A stretch of DNA of 64,000 nt from Octopus sinensis (lineage: Eukaryota), in the NCBI RefSeq assembly GCF_006345805.1, contig NW_021833296.1, positions 11,891 through 75,890 on the forward strand, given 5' to 3'. A model generated the notes under the pieces. The model was not told the origin of the DNA, searched no databases, and saw nothing but the letters and a program-made list of their open reading frames with translations. A program made the position numbers and the translations under genes. Positions 1 to 13,509 of this stretch are shown here, piece after piece. The first letter of the stretch is position 1, and each line of letters starts with the position of its first letter.

Positions 1-120
1 CGTTTTGCCGACTCGAGAGTATTATAGAAGATACCTACCTGAGGTTTCACACAGTTTGACTAAACCCGGAACCATATAGCTGGGAAAAAAATTTCTTACT
101 ACTCAGCTACGCTTGCGCCT
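1..120 (-). mobile_element. SINE1 head fragment (degenerate)
   Basis: Reverse complement resembles GGCGCAGGAGTGGCTGTGTGGTAAG...GGTTCAGTC. Confidence 0.6.
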
Positions 121-1560
121 GCAGAAAATTTCATGATGTAAATTTTACTTAGTAACCTGAAGCACGAAAGCAGGTTTCTTGATAGGTTAAGCAAAGAAAA
201 ATAAATTATTTGTTGTTCTTCCGAGTCATATCCGCCTTGCTGAGCAGCTCTGTCTTCAGAGATGCTACTGTTGAGATCATTGCATCTATTTTCAGTCTAA
301 ACCATTAACGCTTTCTGAGCCCGCAAAAATAGGACAGATAAAATTTATACTATACGAATTACTTCAGTTATAATATTGTAAATATATTTCTCCACCACAT
401 GATCCATTCCTTGTTGATGTTTAGTGTCCTGTGTACATTAATGTTCCAGAGAAATATATCAACGAAGCACAATCTTTTAGTAGGGCATTCCATGCTCGGC
501 GGGTTAGAGACTAGAGGACAGATTATTATGGAGCACTAATATTTTACCAGATAAGTAAGTAAAGTTTACAGAAATATCAATGGCAATTCAAAACCAACTT
601 GACCTGGCAGAGGACAGCCCGGAAGCAAGAACAGTGGAGAAAAGCCTATGCTCGAAAGGGCGCGAAGGGCTTTAAAAAACATGTGTATTTCACTAACTTT
701 TCATTAAGGCAAAGTTTTGTAAATCATCCTTTTATACGTTCTTGCAAATATTTTAATACAGTAGGTTGTGATCTGAGGGAGATATAGTTACTCTGTCAAG
801 CAAGTCGTAATTCGAAAAATATTTTATAATCGTAAGTAGGGGTCACGAAAATCATTTGTTTTCAATATTCAGAACAAGTAGAAAAAACTTCAAGAACGCA
901 AAATAGAATCATGGCCATTTGTTTTAGTTGCTTTTTCTTTTAAGTAACACTGTGTAGAAAAATAAAGCTTGTATAAAAGACGAACAACACTCAACAATTG
1001 TAACATGATTAACGACATTTTGAGAGAGTATAACACTCAAGAAAAATATACTTAGCATTATACCACCACGGTATAATGCTAAGCAAATGAGCCAGTAGCA
1101 AAATATAGATTTATCTGCACGATCGCTCAGCCTCCGAGAAAAATATAAATCGAAACTTCCTTCAAGCATAAGTCTAACTTCCGAATTACGATGACATAAC
1201 GGGTTAGAGTAGTTCATGAAACAGTATCTCTGGGGCAAAAAAGAGATAAAAGGAATACATACAGCTACATTGGCGCAGAGGTCGAGGCTGCGCGATAATA
1301 ACAGACAATTACTGTCTCTAAATACTGGTGATAGCTGAAGAAGGAACAATCCTTGTGGGTTCGGGAATAATGAATTTTAAAAATTTATGTTAGCTTGCTT
1401 TCTTCGTTTCAACAAGACGATCTAAAGTCTATTTTTCAGCATATTGGCATAGAATTTTTTCTTTTACCTTTATTTATAATTGTTTATAACTTTCACTTTA
1501 ATAGGTATTTAAATATGAAGAATTTTATCCTAATATTAAAAGTACATATATATATATATT

Positions 1561-1938
1561 CTTTTATTCTTTTGTTTCAGTCATTTGACTGTGGCCATGC
1601 TGGAGCACCGCCTTTAGTCGAGCAAATCGACTAGTGGACTTACTGTTTGTACGCCTAATACTTATTCTATCGGTTTCTTTTGCCGAACCGCTAAGTTACG
1701 GGGACGTAAACGCACCAGTATCGGTTCTTAAGCGATGTTGGGGGGACAAACACAGACATACAAACATATACACAAACATACATATGTATATACACATATA
1801 TACGACAGGCTTCTTTCAGCTTCCCTCTACCAAATCCACTCACAAGGCTGTGGACGGCCCGAGGCTATAGTAGAAAACATTTGCCCAAAGTGCCACGAAA
1901 TGGGACTGAACCCGGAACCATGTGGTTGGTAAGCAAGT
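1561..1938 (-). mobile_element. SINE1 (tRNA-like head, CORE-like segment TTGGGCAAGTGTCTTC, internal CA/TA microsatellite)
   Basis: Matches more than 12 other copies in the window. Confidence 0.9.
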
Positions 1939-2149
1939 AAGGGAGATAACTGTTCAGCTTTCGGTAAAGGGTGGAGAATATATATATATACACTCAAAAA
2001 AGTTTCGAAAAACTTGTTTAGTGAGGGGACGTGTGTACAGTGATGTAATTGTGAATTGAAATATGTCTCCTAGCACAAGCCCGAACATGCTCAACAACGA
2101 CACTGAAGCCGTCAGTAAAAAAATGCGGAAGACCCAACTGTGGGATATA

Positions 2150-2735
2150 TAAAAAATAAAGCAGTAAAAAAAAAATAAAATAAAGCAGTAAAAAAAATAT
2201 AATAAAGCAGTAAAAAAAAAATAAAGCAGTAAAAAAAAATGGGTGTATTAAATTAAATTAAATTAAATTAAATTAAATTAAATTAATTGAACCTCCGTGG
2301 TTTCAAATCCTGTAAGAGCTAAATTATTTATTTTCTACAACTTATTTTATTCCTATACACTTTTAAGAATGTAGAAGAAAATTTATGGATGCTAACAGAA
2401 ATCACGTCAGTAAATTTATTCAGAGTGTGCGGTTCATAACACCTAAGGATGGTAAGGGATTCCCCTATGCCCAGCTTACACTTATTAATATTTCCCTTGA
2501 AATTTGGGGTTTTAGAGATAATGGACCATTCTTATTATTTTTCTTCAAATTGTGTATATGGGATGCAAGTATTGTTGAATTACAGTATTTATCGTTAGAA
2601 AATGAGCTCATATGTGATCTATATCTAGCCTTAAAAATCTACCGTGCTAGCTATATAAAATTTATTTAACTTATCCTCGTCCTTGACTACACATTTATAT
2701 AGAACGTTAGTAACTAGACAGGAACCATCTAAAGG
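2150..2735 (-). mobile_element. Second, shorter copy of the same Penelope-like GIY-YIG 3' region
   Basis: Highly similar to about 7690-8255, including the (AAAGCAGTAAAAAA)n and (AAATT)n tracts. Confidence 0.85.
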
Positions 2736-2889
2736 ACATAATTTTAGAGATAATATATACGATTCAATCTATAGCCAACGAATTAGTAAAGAGACTCTCT
2801 TTATTACAAAATACGGACCCCTTTTGAACGCATCTACAACAAACGATATATCCACCACGGCCTTAGAATAACACAAATACACACGCAAA

Positions 2890-3081
2890 TCGACTAGTGG
2901 ACTTGTTCTTTGTAAGCCTAGTACTTATTCTATCGGTCTCTTTTGCCGAACCGCTAAGTTACGGGGAAATAAACACACCAGCATCGGTTGTCAAGCGATG
3001 TTGGGGAAACAACCTCAGACACACAAACATACCACACACACACACATACACACACACACACACACATAATAATATATAATC

Positions 3082-3129
<48 letters not shown>

Positions 3130-3134
3130 CAAAT

Positions 3135-3174
<40 letters not shown>

Positions 3175-3333
3175 TAACATATACGACGGTCTTCTTCCAG
3201 TTTCAGTCTACCAAATCCACTCACAAGGCTTTGGTCGGCCTGAGACTATAGTAGAAGACACTTGCCCAAGGTGCCACGCAATGGGACTGAACCCATGACC
3301 ATGTGGTTTGTAAGCAAACTACTTACCTGCGCC
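2890..3333 (-). mobile_element. SINE1
   Basis: Family consensus with an expanded internal microsatellite. Confidence 0.9.
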
Positions 3334-3509
3334 TATTTTCAAGAAAATACTCATTCTTATTGATACCGGAATCCCAGTTCACATAGAACTAAATACCTTA
3401 TCGACCAAAGTAAATTAGCTCTTATTTCGACAAATTTAATTTCTGTAATACTAAATAATTCGAAATGCACTTCAGTGACTATGTCATTGTGGATTTAGTC
3501 AATTTGCTT

Positions 3510-3630
3510 GATGGTTGGACTCATGATCGTAAGGATGTGGTTTCGATTCCTGGACCGGGCGACGCGTTATGTTCTTGAGCAAAACACAACATTTCACGTC
3601 GCTCCAGTCCATTCAGGCGCCAAAAGTGAG
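3510..3630 (+). mobile_element. SINE3 head (tRNA-like plus CORE-like)
   Basis: GGACTCATGATCG...GGTTTCGATTCCTGGACCGGGCGACGCGTT...TTGAGCAAAACAC. Confidence 0.75.
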
Positions 3631-3869
3631 TGATGCTTCGTAGGACCGACATCCCGTCTAGGAGGGACGCCAAAATAATGTGCACTAACCAAACCACACG
3701 TAAGCACGCACACGCACCCGCCATATATGTGACGAAGCCAATAACAGGTGAAAATATCGAAGTCACTTATAGCAACGCATTTCATTCTGTAATAAGGTAT
3801 ATATAATATATACCTCATCGATTTTTCAATTATTTTTTATCCACAGCAAAATAAATATGACGCTAAATA

Positions 3870-5040
3870 TTTTAAGGCACACTATCAATTCTTATAAGTT
3901 TTATTACACACATACACACACAAACACATACACAGACACGCACAAACACACACACACACAATCACATACACACACAAACGCACACACACACACGCAAACA
4001 CACATACAGACAAAACACACACACACACAAAAACACACACTCAAAGACACACACAAACACACACACAAACACATACACAATTACACACAAACACATACAT
4101 AAACACACACGCAAACACACACACACAAGCATACACACACACAAACGCACACACACAAAGACACACACACACAAACACACACACTTTAAAGCACACTATC
4201 AATTCTTTATTTAATTTTATTACACATATACACGCGCGCGCGTACACACATACACACACAAATGCACACACACACATACAAACACACACAATCACATACA
4301 CACACACACAAACAAACATGCAAACACACACACACAATCACATACACACACAAATGCACACACACACATACAAACACACACAATCACATACACACACACA
4401 CACACAAACATGCAACACACACACACAATCACATACACACACAAACACGCACACACACACATACAAACACACACAATCACATACACACACACAAACAAAC
4501 ATGCAAACACACACACACAATCACATACACACACAAATGCACACACACACATACAAACACACACAATCACATACACACACACAAAAACATGCATACACAC
4601 CACACAATCACATACACACACAATGGCACAACACACAAAAAACACACACCAATCACATAAACACACACCCAAACAAACATGCAAACACACACACACACAA
4701 TCACATACACACACAAATGCACACACACACATACAAACAACACCAATCACATACACACACACACAAACAAACATGCAACCACACACAACAATCACATACC
4801 ACACAAACACGCACATACAAACACACACAATCACATACACACACACAAACAACATGAAACACACACCAATCACATACACCAAAATGCACACACACCACAT
4901 ACAAACACACACAATCACATACACACACACACAAACAAACATGCAAACACACACACACAATCACATACACACACAAACACGCACACACAAACACACACAA
5001 ATACACACACACACAAACATACACACATACATCAACAACT
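3870..5040. repeat. CA-rich minisatellite with higher-order units
   Basis: Recurring CACAATCACATACACAC / ACAAATGCACAC / AAACATGCAAAC modules; GCACACTATCAATTCTT duplicated at about 3876 and 4190. Confidence 0.9.
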
Positions 5041-5295
5041 GTTAACATTAAGATTGTTTTGAAAAGTGTATTTGCGCAATACCCTTACCACAAAGCAATG
5101 CCGTCCGTCAGATCGGTGCATCGTAAATATTCAAACTTTCTCAATACCCTGACTCTTGTAATTCGTCTAAAATAAACGTAGCACATCTACTGGCTATATG
5201 TGGCAGAGAAATTTGTCTGGACATAATGGTTTAAAACATCAAGAATTTATCATACTTTAACCACCTATTTTTTTGTTGCCAGTTCATGTATTTTT

Positions 5296-5685
5296 TTATT
5301 CTTTTACTTGTTTTGCCATTTGACTGCAACAAATCGACTTGTGGACTTATTCTTTGTAAGCCTAGTACTTATTCTATCGGTGTCTTTTCTTGAAACGCTA
5401 AGTTACGGGGATGTAAACACACCAGCATCGGTTGTCAAGCAATGTTGGGATGGCGACAAACATAGACACATAAACATACAGACAGACAGACAGACAGACG
5501 CACACACACACACACATATATATATGACGGGCTTCTTTCAGTTTCCGTCTACCAAATGCTTTGTGGTATTTCATGTCTTTACATTCTGAGTCTATAGCAG
5601 AAGACACTTGCCGAAGGTACTAAGCAGTGGGACTGAAACCGGAATCATGTGGTTGATAAGCAAGCTACTTACCACACAGCCACAC
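5296..5685 (-). mobile_element. SINE1
   Basis: Family consensus. Confidence 0.88.
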
Positions 5686-5782
5686 AGCATCATATAATAT
5701 ATATTAATATATATATATATATAATACTTTATTTTAAGCAGCAGAAAATTCATATATATATATATATATATATATGTGTATG

Positions 5783-5815
<33 letters not shown>

Positions 5816-5884
5816 GTATAGATATATATGTAATATATATATATATATATATATATGTATCTGTATATATACACACACACACAC

Positions 5885-5928
<44 letters not shown>

Positions 5929-6639
5929 TATATATATATTATACATATATATATATGGTGTATATAATATAAACTGCAAGGTTATGGATACTACAAGTCC
6001 GTTCATACAGAATGAAACAAACAGGAAAGTGAATATCTATCTTGTGAATATTTCTTTTGTAAAGAGTCGAGTCATTTACCCTGTACCTTTTCATAACGAG
6101 TTTTAACAACTGCTAGAGTAGTGTCTTCTCCTTTCCTTGGCCACAACTATTTTGTAAAACCTTTTTTGTTTTTTATATTTTGTAACATCCATTATGTCAG
6201 GCTTACAATTTGAGATTTAATTTGCTAGGCAACAGCTGTTATATGCAATATCGTTACTCAGCAACAGTGTCTAGTCTTATTTTGCAGCTGCCTGTGTATC
6301 TAATTTTGACTAATATCAGCTGTTTTATCATAAATTTGGTCGGGAAAAGCAACGCAGAGAAGAAAGAAGATTCTCTCTGATTCCACTAAAAGAAAAATAA
6401 CTTAATAAAAACCAAGAAGAGATATCATGTTTTGATGTATCTTTGTTGAAATTTCATTCTTTGAAAGTACATTACTTTCATCTACTCAAATATATGCTTT
6501 GTTATTTTTCAGTTTCATGTATAGTCTCTTAGTGTAAATCATTCGATTTTTTTCGGCGTACTAAGACCATTCCATTTGCACTAATTATTATAGTGGTGTA
6601 TGTGTATACATGTATGTATGCAGTAAATCCAAAAGAGAA

Positions 6640-6830
6640 GAACAAAAAAAAAAATAAACAACAACATGAGGACGTAGTACATGGAAAGTATTAGCAGATG
6701 CTCAGGAAGGGAAAGAAATATGGTTTAATGTTTCGAGCAAACGCTCTTTTTCAGAAACAGAGGAAAGTCCAATAGAAAGGAAGACGGAGGAAGAGAATCG
6801 CCAACAATGCAGATGTGGTTACATGTACGT
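6640..6830 (-). mobile_element. Short Penelope-derived repeat (family X) with a decayed minimal HHR at 6723-6758
   Basis: GUUU-CUGAAAA-A-GAGC-GUUU-GCUC-GAAAC-AUU-AAAC; homologous to 37000-37170 and 52360-52570. Confidence 0.6.
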
Positions 6831-7197
6831 ACGTATGTATGTATGTATGTATGTATGTATGTATGTATGTATGTATGTGTGTGTGTGCATGTACGTACGT
6901 AAGTATGTATGTATTTATCTATGTTTGTGTATGTATGTATGTATGTATGTATCAAAGTAAGGTTATAGAACAAACAAATGCAAGGTCATCCACATAACAT
7001 TTCATAACTCGAACATTTAATCATAGAATATACATTTAAACATCACGGAAGATGGAACATAACTCATCTGTACAAGCATATTAGAAAGTGCGAGAAAAAA
7101 TGTGTCAATACAGTTCATCACGGTTTAAAGTTAATACTTTAGCGATTAAGAAAAATATATTTTAAAAAAACCCAAAAAAACATTACAACACCTAGAT

Positions 7198-7349
7198 TAA
7201 GTACGTAGTAAAAATATAGTAATAAAGTAATACTATAAATATATAGGTATATAAAAATATATAAATTAATATAATATATATATATATTTATATATTTTTA
7301 TATACCTATATAGTTATATATTACTTTATACTATATTTTTACGTACTTA
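7198..7349. repeat. AT-rich foldback
   Basis: TAAGTACGTA...TATAGGTATATAAAAA versus TTTTTATATACCTATA...TACGTACTTA. Confidence 0.8.
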
Positions 7350-7499
7350 CTATATATATATTATATAATATATGGACCAAAGCATATAAAAAAAATATAT
7401 AATCTATATAATTAAAATAAATAAAAGTTCATCGTTTAGAAAATCTTATAAAATTACTTATCAAGTAAGAGAGGCCTTATAGTTAAATAAGAGGAAACC

Positions 7500-8400
7500 A
7501 AATTTACATTCCCTATGGCCATTTCAGGGGTATATTATTGTGTTTAAAGCACTAGGGTGCATCACGATAATAACTCCTTCGTCAGGGGAAAAAAATAGAG
7601 AGACAGACATCATCGCGTACCAGGCTAACGCAATATTGTGTGCTTTCTTATTGAAGAAGTCATGCTCGGATGAGCCCAAAAGAAAGAATTAAAGCAGTAA
7701 AAAAAAAAAAAATTAAAGCAGTAGAAAAATAAAGCAGTAAAAAAAAATTTTTTTTAATAAAGCAGTAAATAAAAAATGGGTGTATTAAATTAAATTAATT
7801 AAATTAAATCAAATTGAACCTCCGTGGTTTCAAATCCTGTAAGAGCTAAATTACTTATTTTCTACAACTTATTTTAAGAATGTAGAAGAAAATTTATGGA
7901 TGCTAAAAGGAATCACGTCCGTAAATTTATTCAGAGTGTGCGGTCCATAACACCTAAGGATGGTAAAGAAATTCCCTTATGCACAGCTTACACTTATTAA
8001 TATTTCCCTTGAAATTTGGGGTTTTAGAGATAATGGACCATTCTTATTATTTTTCTTCAAATTGTGTATATGGGATGCAAGTGTTGTTGAATTACAGTAT
8101 TTATCGTTAGAAAATGAGCTCATATGTGATCTATATCTAGCCTTAAAATCTACCGTGCTACCTATATAAAATTTATTTAACTTATCCTCGTCCTTGACTA
8201 CACATTTATATATAACGTTAGTAACTAGACAGGAACCATCTAAAGGACATAATTCGAGGTTTCTACAATTACATTTCTTTCCGGGGCCTTTCCTAGTTTT
8301 ATTTCTATTGTTACATTTACTTTTTGTGTCTCCAGTTCTAGACAGGTTTCCCTCTTTCATTCCATCAAATCTTCCCTTATTACATGGGTTCGATAGACCC
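7500..8400 (-). mobile_element. Penelope-like element 3' part: GIY-YIG endonuclease followed by a hammerhead ribozyme
   Basis: ORF 7977-8360 CNCRNLELCPLDGSCLVTNVIYKC...FYIGST...FKARYRSH matches PLE GIY-YIG domains; HHR at 7509-7590 lies downstream. Confidence 0.9.
7509..7590 (-). ncRNA. Type I hammerhead ribozyme motif
   Basis: UUCCC-CUGACGA-AGGAG...CCCCU-GAA-AUGGCCAU-A-GGGAA: 5-bp stem I, stem II with one mismatch, palindromic stem III, AUA cleavage triplet. Confidence 0.85.
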
Positions 8401-8707
8401 GGTAAAGGGAGACTGGTTGTACCATTGGCATTAGGCGTTACAAGATTATTATACGCATGTATAATAATATTATGCGTATGTATGTATGTATGTATGTATG
8501 TATGTATGTATGTATGTATGTATGTATGTATGGATGTATGTATGTATGTATGGATGGATGGATGTATGTATGGATGTATGTTTGTATGTATGTCTTTTCT
8601 TTCTATTTTAATTTAGGCTGACCCGAGGCTACTGAGTGGAAGACACTTGCTCAACGTGCCAAGCAGTGGGACTGAAACCGGAATCATGTTATATATAAAT
8701 ATATACA

Positions 8708-8880
8708 GGTGCAGGAGTAGCTGTGTGGTAAGTAGCTTGCTTAGCAACCACATAGTTTAGGGTTCAGTCCCATTGCGTGGCACCTAGTGCAAGTGCCTTC
8801 TACTACAGTCTCGAGCCGACCAAAGACTTGTGAGTGGATTTGGCCGGCGGGAACTGAACGAAACTCGTCGTTTGTGTGTG

Positions 8881-8916
<36 letters not shown>

Positions 8917-9147
8917 TGTATGTATGTATGTATGCATTTTCGTTTGTATGTATATCTTTGTGTATCTGTGTTTGCTCTCCAACATCGTTCGACAACCGAT
9001 TTACGTCCCTGTAACTGAGCGGTTCGGCCTAAGAAACCGATAGAATAAGTACTAAGATTACAAGAAGAAGTCCTGGGGTTGATTTTCTCGACTAAAGGCG
9101 GTGCGCACCATGGCCGCAGCCAAATGACTGAAACAAGTAAAAGAATA
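8708..9147 (+). mobile_element. SINE1, full length
   Basis: GGTGCAGGAGTAGCTGTGTGGTAAG...AAATGACTGAAACAAGTAAAAGAATA. A further minus-strand head fragment lies at about 8620-8690. Confidence 0.9.
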
Positions 9148-10070
9148 ACAGAATATATATACACATACACATACATAAAAACACACAAACACGGACATGC
9201 AAACACATGAATATGCAGAATACATACATACAAATGTACAAACATAGATAGATACCTATCCACACACATACATGCATAAACACACATGCATAAACACACA
9301 TGCATACATACATGCATGCATGTATAGGCAAACATACACACACACACACCGATCCACACACATGCGCACAAACAAAATGGAACGCAGTGTGAAAAACGGA
9401 CAGAGTCAACAACCATTGAAAAGGTTGCAAGACGCAACGAAAATTTTAGAAAATTAAAAAAGAAATAATCGGAAATTTTACCGGTGAGTGTGTTAAATTA
9501 TAAGGCACTAAAAGAGAATGACTCTCAACATACACAACAGAATATGCTTCAACACACGAACTCACATAAAGAATCTTGCAAACCAAATCCAAAAATGAAA
9601 TAGACAAAACAAGTATACCAAATACCATATAATATAATTTCGTGTTTATTAGAGGATGTAACAAAATTACCAAATAGACAGCTTCATTTCTCAAGAATCA
9701 ATAATTCTCTAAAACTGACAAGCCAATAAGCTTAAAGCTATGTTATGGACAAGTGCTTCTGGTCCAGTACCTGTCATCTATCTATTTGTCTGTCTATCTA
9801 CACACACAAACAACATGCGCGCGCATGCACACACATATGTATATACGCACACTGGTATACAGCGACATTTAAAATTGAATATACTTCAATAAAAAATTAT
9901 ACGAGTTTCTCGCTATCGGGTTCGAACAACTTATGTAGGTAACCAGTGTGATAATATATAAACAAAAATATTCATAAGTACATAGAAATAAGATTAGTCA
10001 TCGACAGGTGATTGGTTGCGTAGAAACCGTTAAAAAAAGACCTGCACAGTTGAATGTCACGCACAGAATG

Positions 10071-10689
10071 CAAGGTGCGCTCAAAATGTATCCGACTTAG
10101 ATCAAAACTCAGATCAATAGCGGTACAGCTGCTTCAAACATGACCGCACTGCAGTGGAGAGCGAGGCACGCTCAGGCAGGCCATCTACAAGCCGAAACAA
10201 GGAACCGATTGAGAAGTTCGGCGAATAGTTATGGAAGAACGTCGTGTAACAATCCAGGAAATTACTCACGGAGTGGGAATAAGCACTGGATCAGTGCACG
10301 TGGAGAGAGTCGCCTAAAAAAATGAATTCGGATACTTTTGAACGCACCTCGTAATCCAAGCTTTCTTGGTCAAGAACGATACACCGCTTGCTCGAAAGGT
10401 TCCCTACTCTCCCGACTTGGCACCGTGTGACCTCTGGGTTTTCCCCAGACTGAAAAACCACGCTGAAAGGGAAGCGATTTGAGTTGAGGGAGGAAATTAT
10501 GAGAAGAACGATGGCGGAGTTCCAAAGCATTTCAGATAAAGCGCTCCAGATGTGTTAACAGTGGTAGCAGAACCGCTAAGTGTGAACTCCCAAGTGGAGT
10601 ACTTTGAAGTGATTAAATAAGACTTGTGAAATGTACAAAACTGATTATTTTAATGCCCAAAAGGTCGGATAAATTTTGAACGCACTTCG
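10071..10689 (+). mobile_element. Rearranged mariner relic with one left and two right TIRs
   Basis: TIR-like CAAGGTGCGCTCAAAATGTATCCGA at 10071; inverted copies at 10328-10351 and about 10664-10689, each followed by TA. Peptides EARSGRPSTSR and PYSPDLAPCDLWVFPRLK. Confidence 0.8.
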
Positions 10690-11199
10690 TATGCAACATA
10701 CTTATCTACTAACATGTAAAACACGAGAATATCTTATATTTTCAGGATCATTTCCGTAACACACAAGAAAAACACAAAAGGTATATATTGGTAAAAGAGA
10801 AAAAAAATCATTTAGCTTGTCATAGATCTTTCATCACTATAGATTATCAACCAGAAAGTGTAATGTATCTTTCTTGGAGACATATCACATTTTATTATAA
10901 TGCTTTTGTAAGTTCGAAGAAAAGAATACAGTTAGAGAATTCTTGCAGACATTTTCATCGATATTTATTGATGAATTTCTAACAGCCTCGTAGGTAAACT
11001 AGTTTATTTGGATTTACCGTACCCTGAAAGATTATCATACGTTATGAGAAAAACTCATTCAGTAACTCTTGAACACGGAAATTGCATTAAAATTTGCCGT
11101 TTCCTTGGCCTTTGTGCGTTTTACTAGACAATACGCGTGTTTTTACATGTTCTGCGTGAAGACATTGAAGAGCAGCAATATATGTTTAACAATTTATTT

Positions 11200-11440
11200 T
11201 TTGACTTGTTTCAATCATTGAACTCCAACCATGGTGCGGCACCACCTTGAAGGTTTTACTCACAAAGAAATCGACCCCAGCACTTATTTTTTAAAGTTTG
11301 TTATTTATTTTATTGTTAACTTTCGACGAAATTCTAACACATAGGAGTATAAACAAAACGATTCCGGTTGTCAATCGGTGGTGGAGGACAGGCACGAGCA
11401 CGAAGGTACACATACACACACACACACACCACACACACAA

Positions 11441-11481
<41 letters not shown>

Positions 11482-11915
11482 CACTCACACATACATCCAT
11501 ATATAACATACGACAGGTTTCCGCACAGTTTCCGTCTATCAAATTCCCTCACAAGGCATTGGTCGACCTGAGGCTGTATTAGACGATGCATATTAGAGTG
11601 CGGCGAGCTGGCAGAAACGTTAGCGCGCCGGGTGAAATGCTTAGCGGTATTTCGTCTGTCGTTACCTTCTGAGTTCAAATTCCGCCGAGGTCGACTTTGC
11701 CTTTCATCCTTTCGCGGTCGATAAATAAAGTACCAATTTCGCACTAGGGTCGATGTAATCGACTTAATCCTTTTGTCTGTCCTTGTTTGTCCCCTCTATA
11801 TTTAGTCCCTTGTGGGTAGTAATGAAATATATAAATATACAACATAGCCATAGTGTTGCGCGGTAGGGCTGAACCCGAAATCACGTGGTTGCGGAGCGAC
11901 CTCCTCAACCACACA
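11200..11915 (-). mobile_element. SINE1 interrupted by SINE2
   Basis: Body at 11200-11580; head remnant at about 11850-11915. Confidence 0.8.
11600..11829 (+). mobile_element. SINE2 tail B, inserted in a SINE1 copy
   Basis: Full head with box B (GAGTTCAAATTCC); tail CCCTTGTGGGTAGTAATGAAAT. Confidence 0.9.
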
Positions 11916-12131
11916 AATAAGCCCGTTTCGATGTATTTACGAATATCATGTCTCTAATAAAATATACAAACTCTGATGTATGCTTTAAGCGCATTTTCTT
12001 AGTTTCTAATCACAAACGTTTGCAAATACGCACGTGCGCACGCACACATGCATGTATGTACTGATCCAAAAGTTTCAGCACTTAATAAAATTTGCCCGCG
12101 TTCACACACACACAAACAAACAGCTCCCCTC

Positions 12132-12163
<32 letters not shown>

Positions 12164-13065
12164 TGCATAATCTCTCACAGACATATGCATTTCAAAATGG
12201 CGCTGAATTGATTCTATACTCTGCAAATTTATCGCCTTATTAGATAGCATGGTAAGCACAGTAGGTGAACTCAGCAAGAAGCAATCTATGGATGGGTTGA
12301 GGCCGCCTATAGATTGCAATTTTTTTTTTAAAGTCAGTTAAGTACATTTACGCTTTTAACACCCTTGGGTGTCACACAATCTAAATTCTACTTCATTTAT
12401 TATTCCATATGTAGAAAAAAAACATGATTGTTTTCTGTTGTGTACCTTGTATAGATACAGAAATAAAACTCGATTAGGCACGAAATGAAACAGATCAATA
12501 CAAACACTAGTCTAGATATTACCTGGCCATTATTGTTGCAGCCCTATTCTGGTTGAGAAGATTTATGACGATAAGTGTCCCGACCCGTTCCCTTTTAAAG
12601 ATATTATTGTCTGACTTGAGGGAGATTTGGCTTATATTTCTAACAGAGGAATTGACCGTAAGGTCTCCTTCAATGGATAGCTTGTATTATTCTTTTCTTT
12701 TGCTATTTTATTTTGGTTTGTATCATATTTCTCTACGGAGATATTGACAGGGTTGAAATCCTACAAACACTAAGGGCTGATGCTATGTCACAACCCTTAA
12801 GCTCTTATACAGAAAATCGGGCAAATAGACATCTGACATATGTCGTAGGACTATAAATCCATATGTTAGCTTATGAGTACTGAAATGATTACGCCATACA
12901 GGGTGTCATAAATATAGGTCTTCTTTTCTCTTTGTCTGTCTCTGTTTGTGTGCGCCTGGCTGTGAGTTTATATTCGTGAGTGTGTGTGAGTGAGTGTGTG
13001 TGTTGTGTGTGTGTAAGTATGAAAAGCTCACATTGCTTTTGCATCTAGGCATGTATTTATGTACG

Positions 13066-13111
<46 letters not shown>

Positions 13112-13509
13112 TATATACAATGTATATATGTATATATAAATATGAATATATATATATACACATGTATGCATATACATACACATATATATGTGTGTGTATG
13201 TGTGCGTGTGTGTGTGTGAATAGACACACATACCCGCGTACCGCCACACATACGCGTGCGCGAATATATATATATATATATATATACATGTGTGACAAAG
13301 AACGAATTAGGAGGACATCATGTGGTGTAAACCTTTAAACCAATTTCAATAATAAGCACTGATGTGACACCAAAAAAGAAAGACAGATACCCAAAGGGAC
13401 ACAACACATACACATATGTATACACATTCGCATTAACCCCCATAATCCCCGCCTCATGTCTCCCCCAAACGCTGGTCACCCTCATAATCTTCATATGTAC
13501 GTGTTTTTT

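Noticed and set aside
599-1349. Possible RTE-like LINE remnants (WQRTA...WRKAY; IHTATLAQRSRL)
   Set aside because: The similarity is too weak and stop-ridden to support by eye.
3857-5062. Numerous H/T- and C/V-rich ORFs here, and similar Y/I, S/L and poly-amino-acid ORFs throughout the window
   Set aside because: Translations of microsatellites, open in several frames on both strands.
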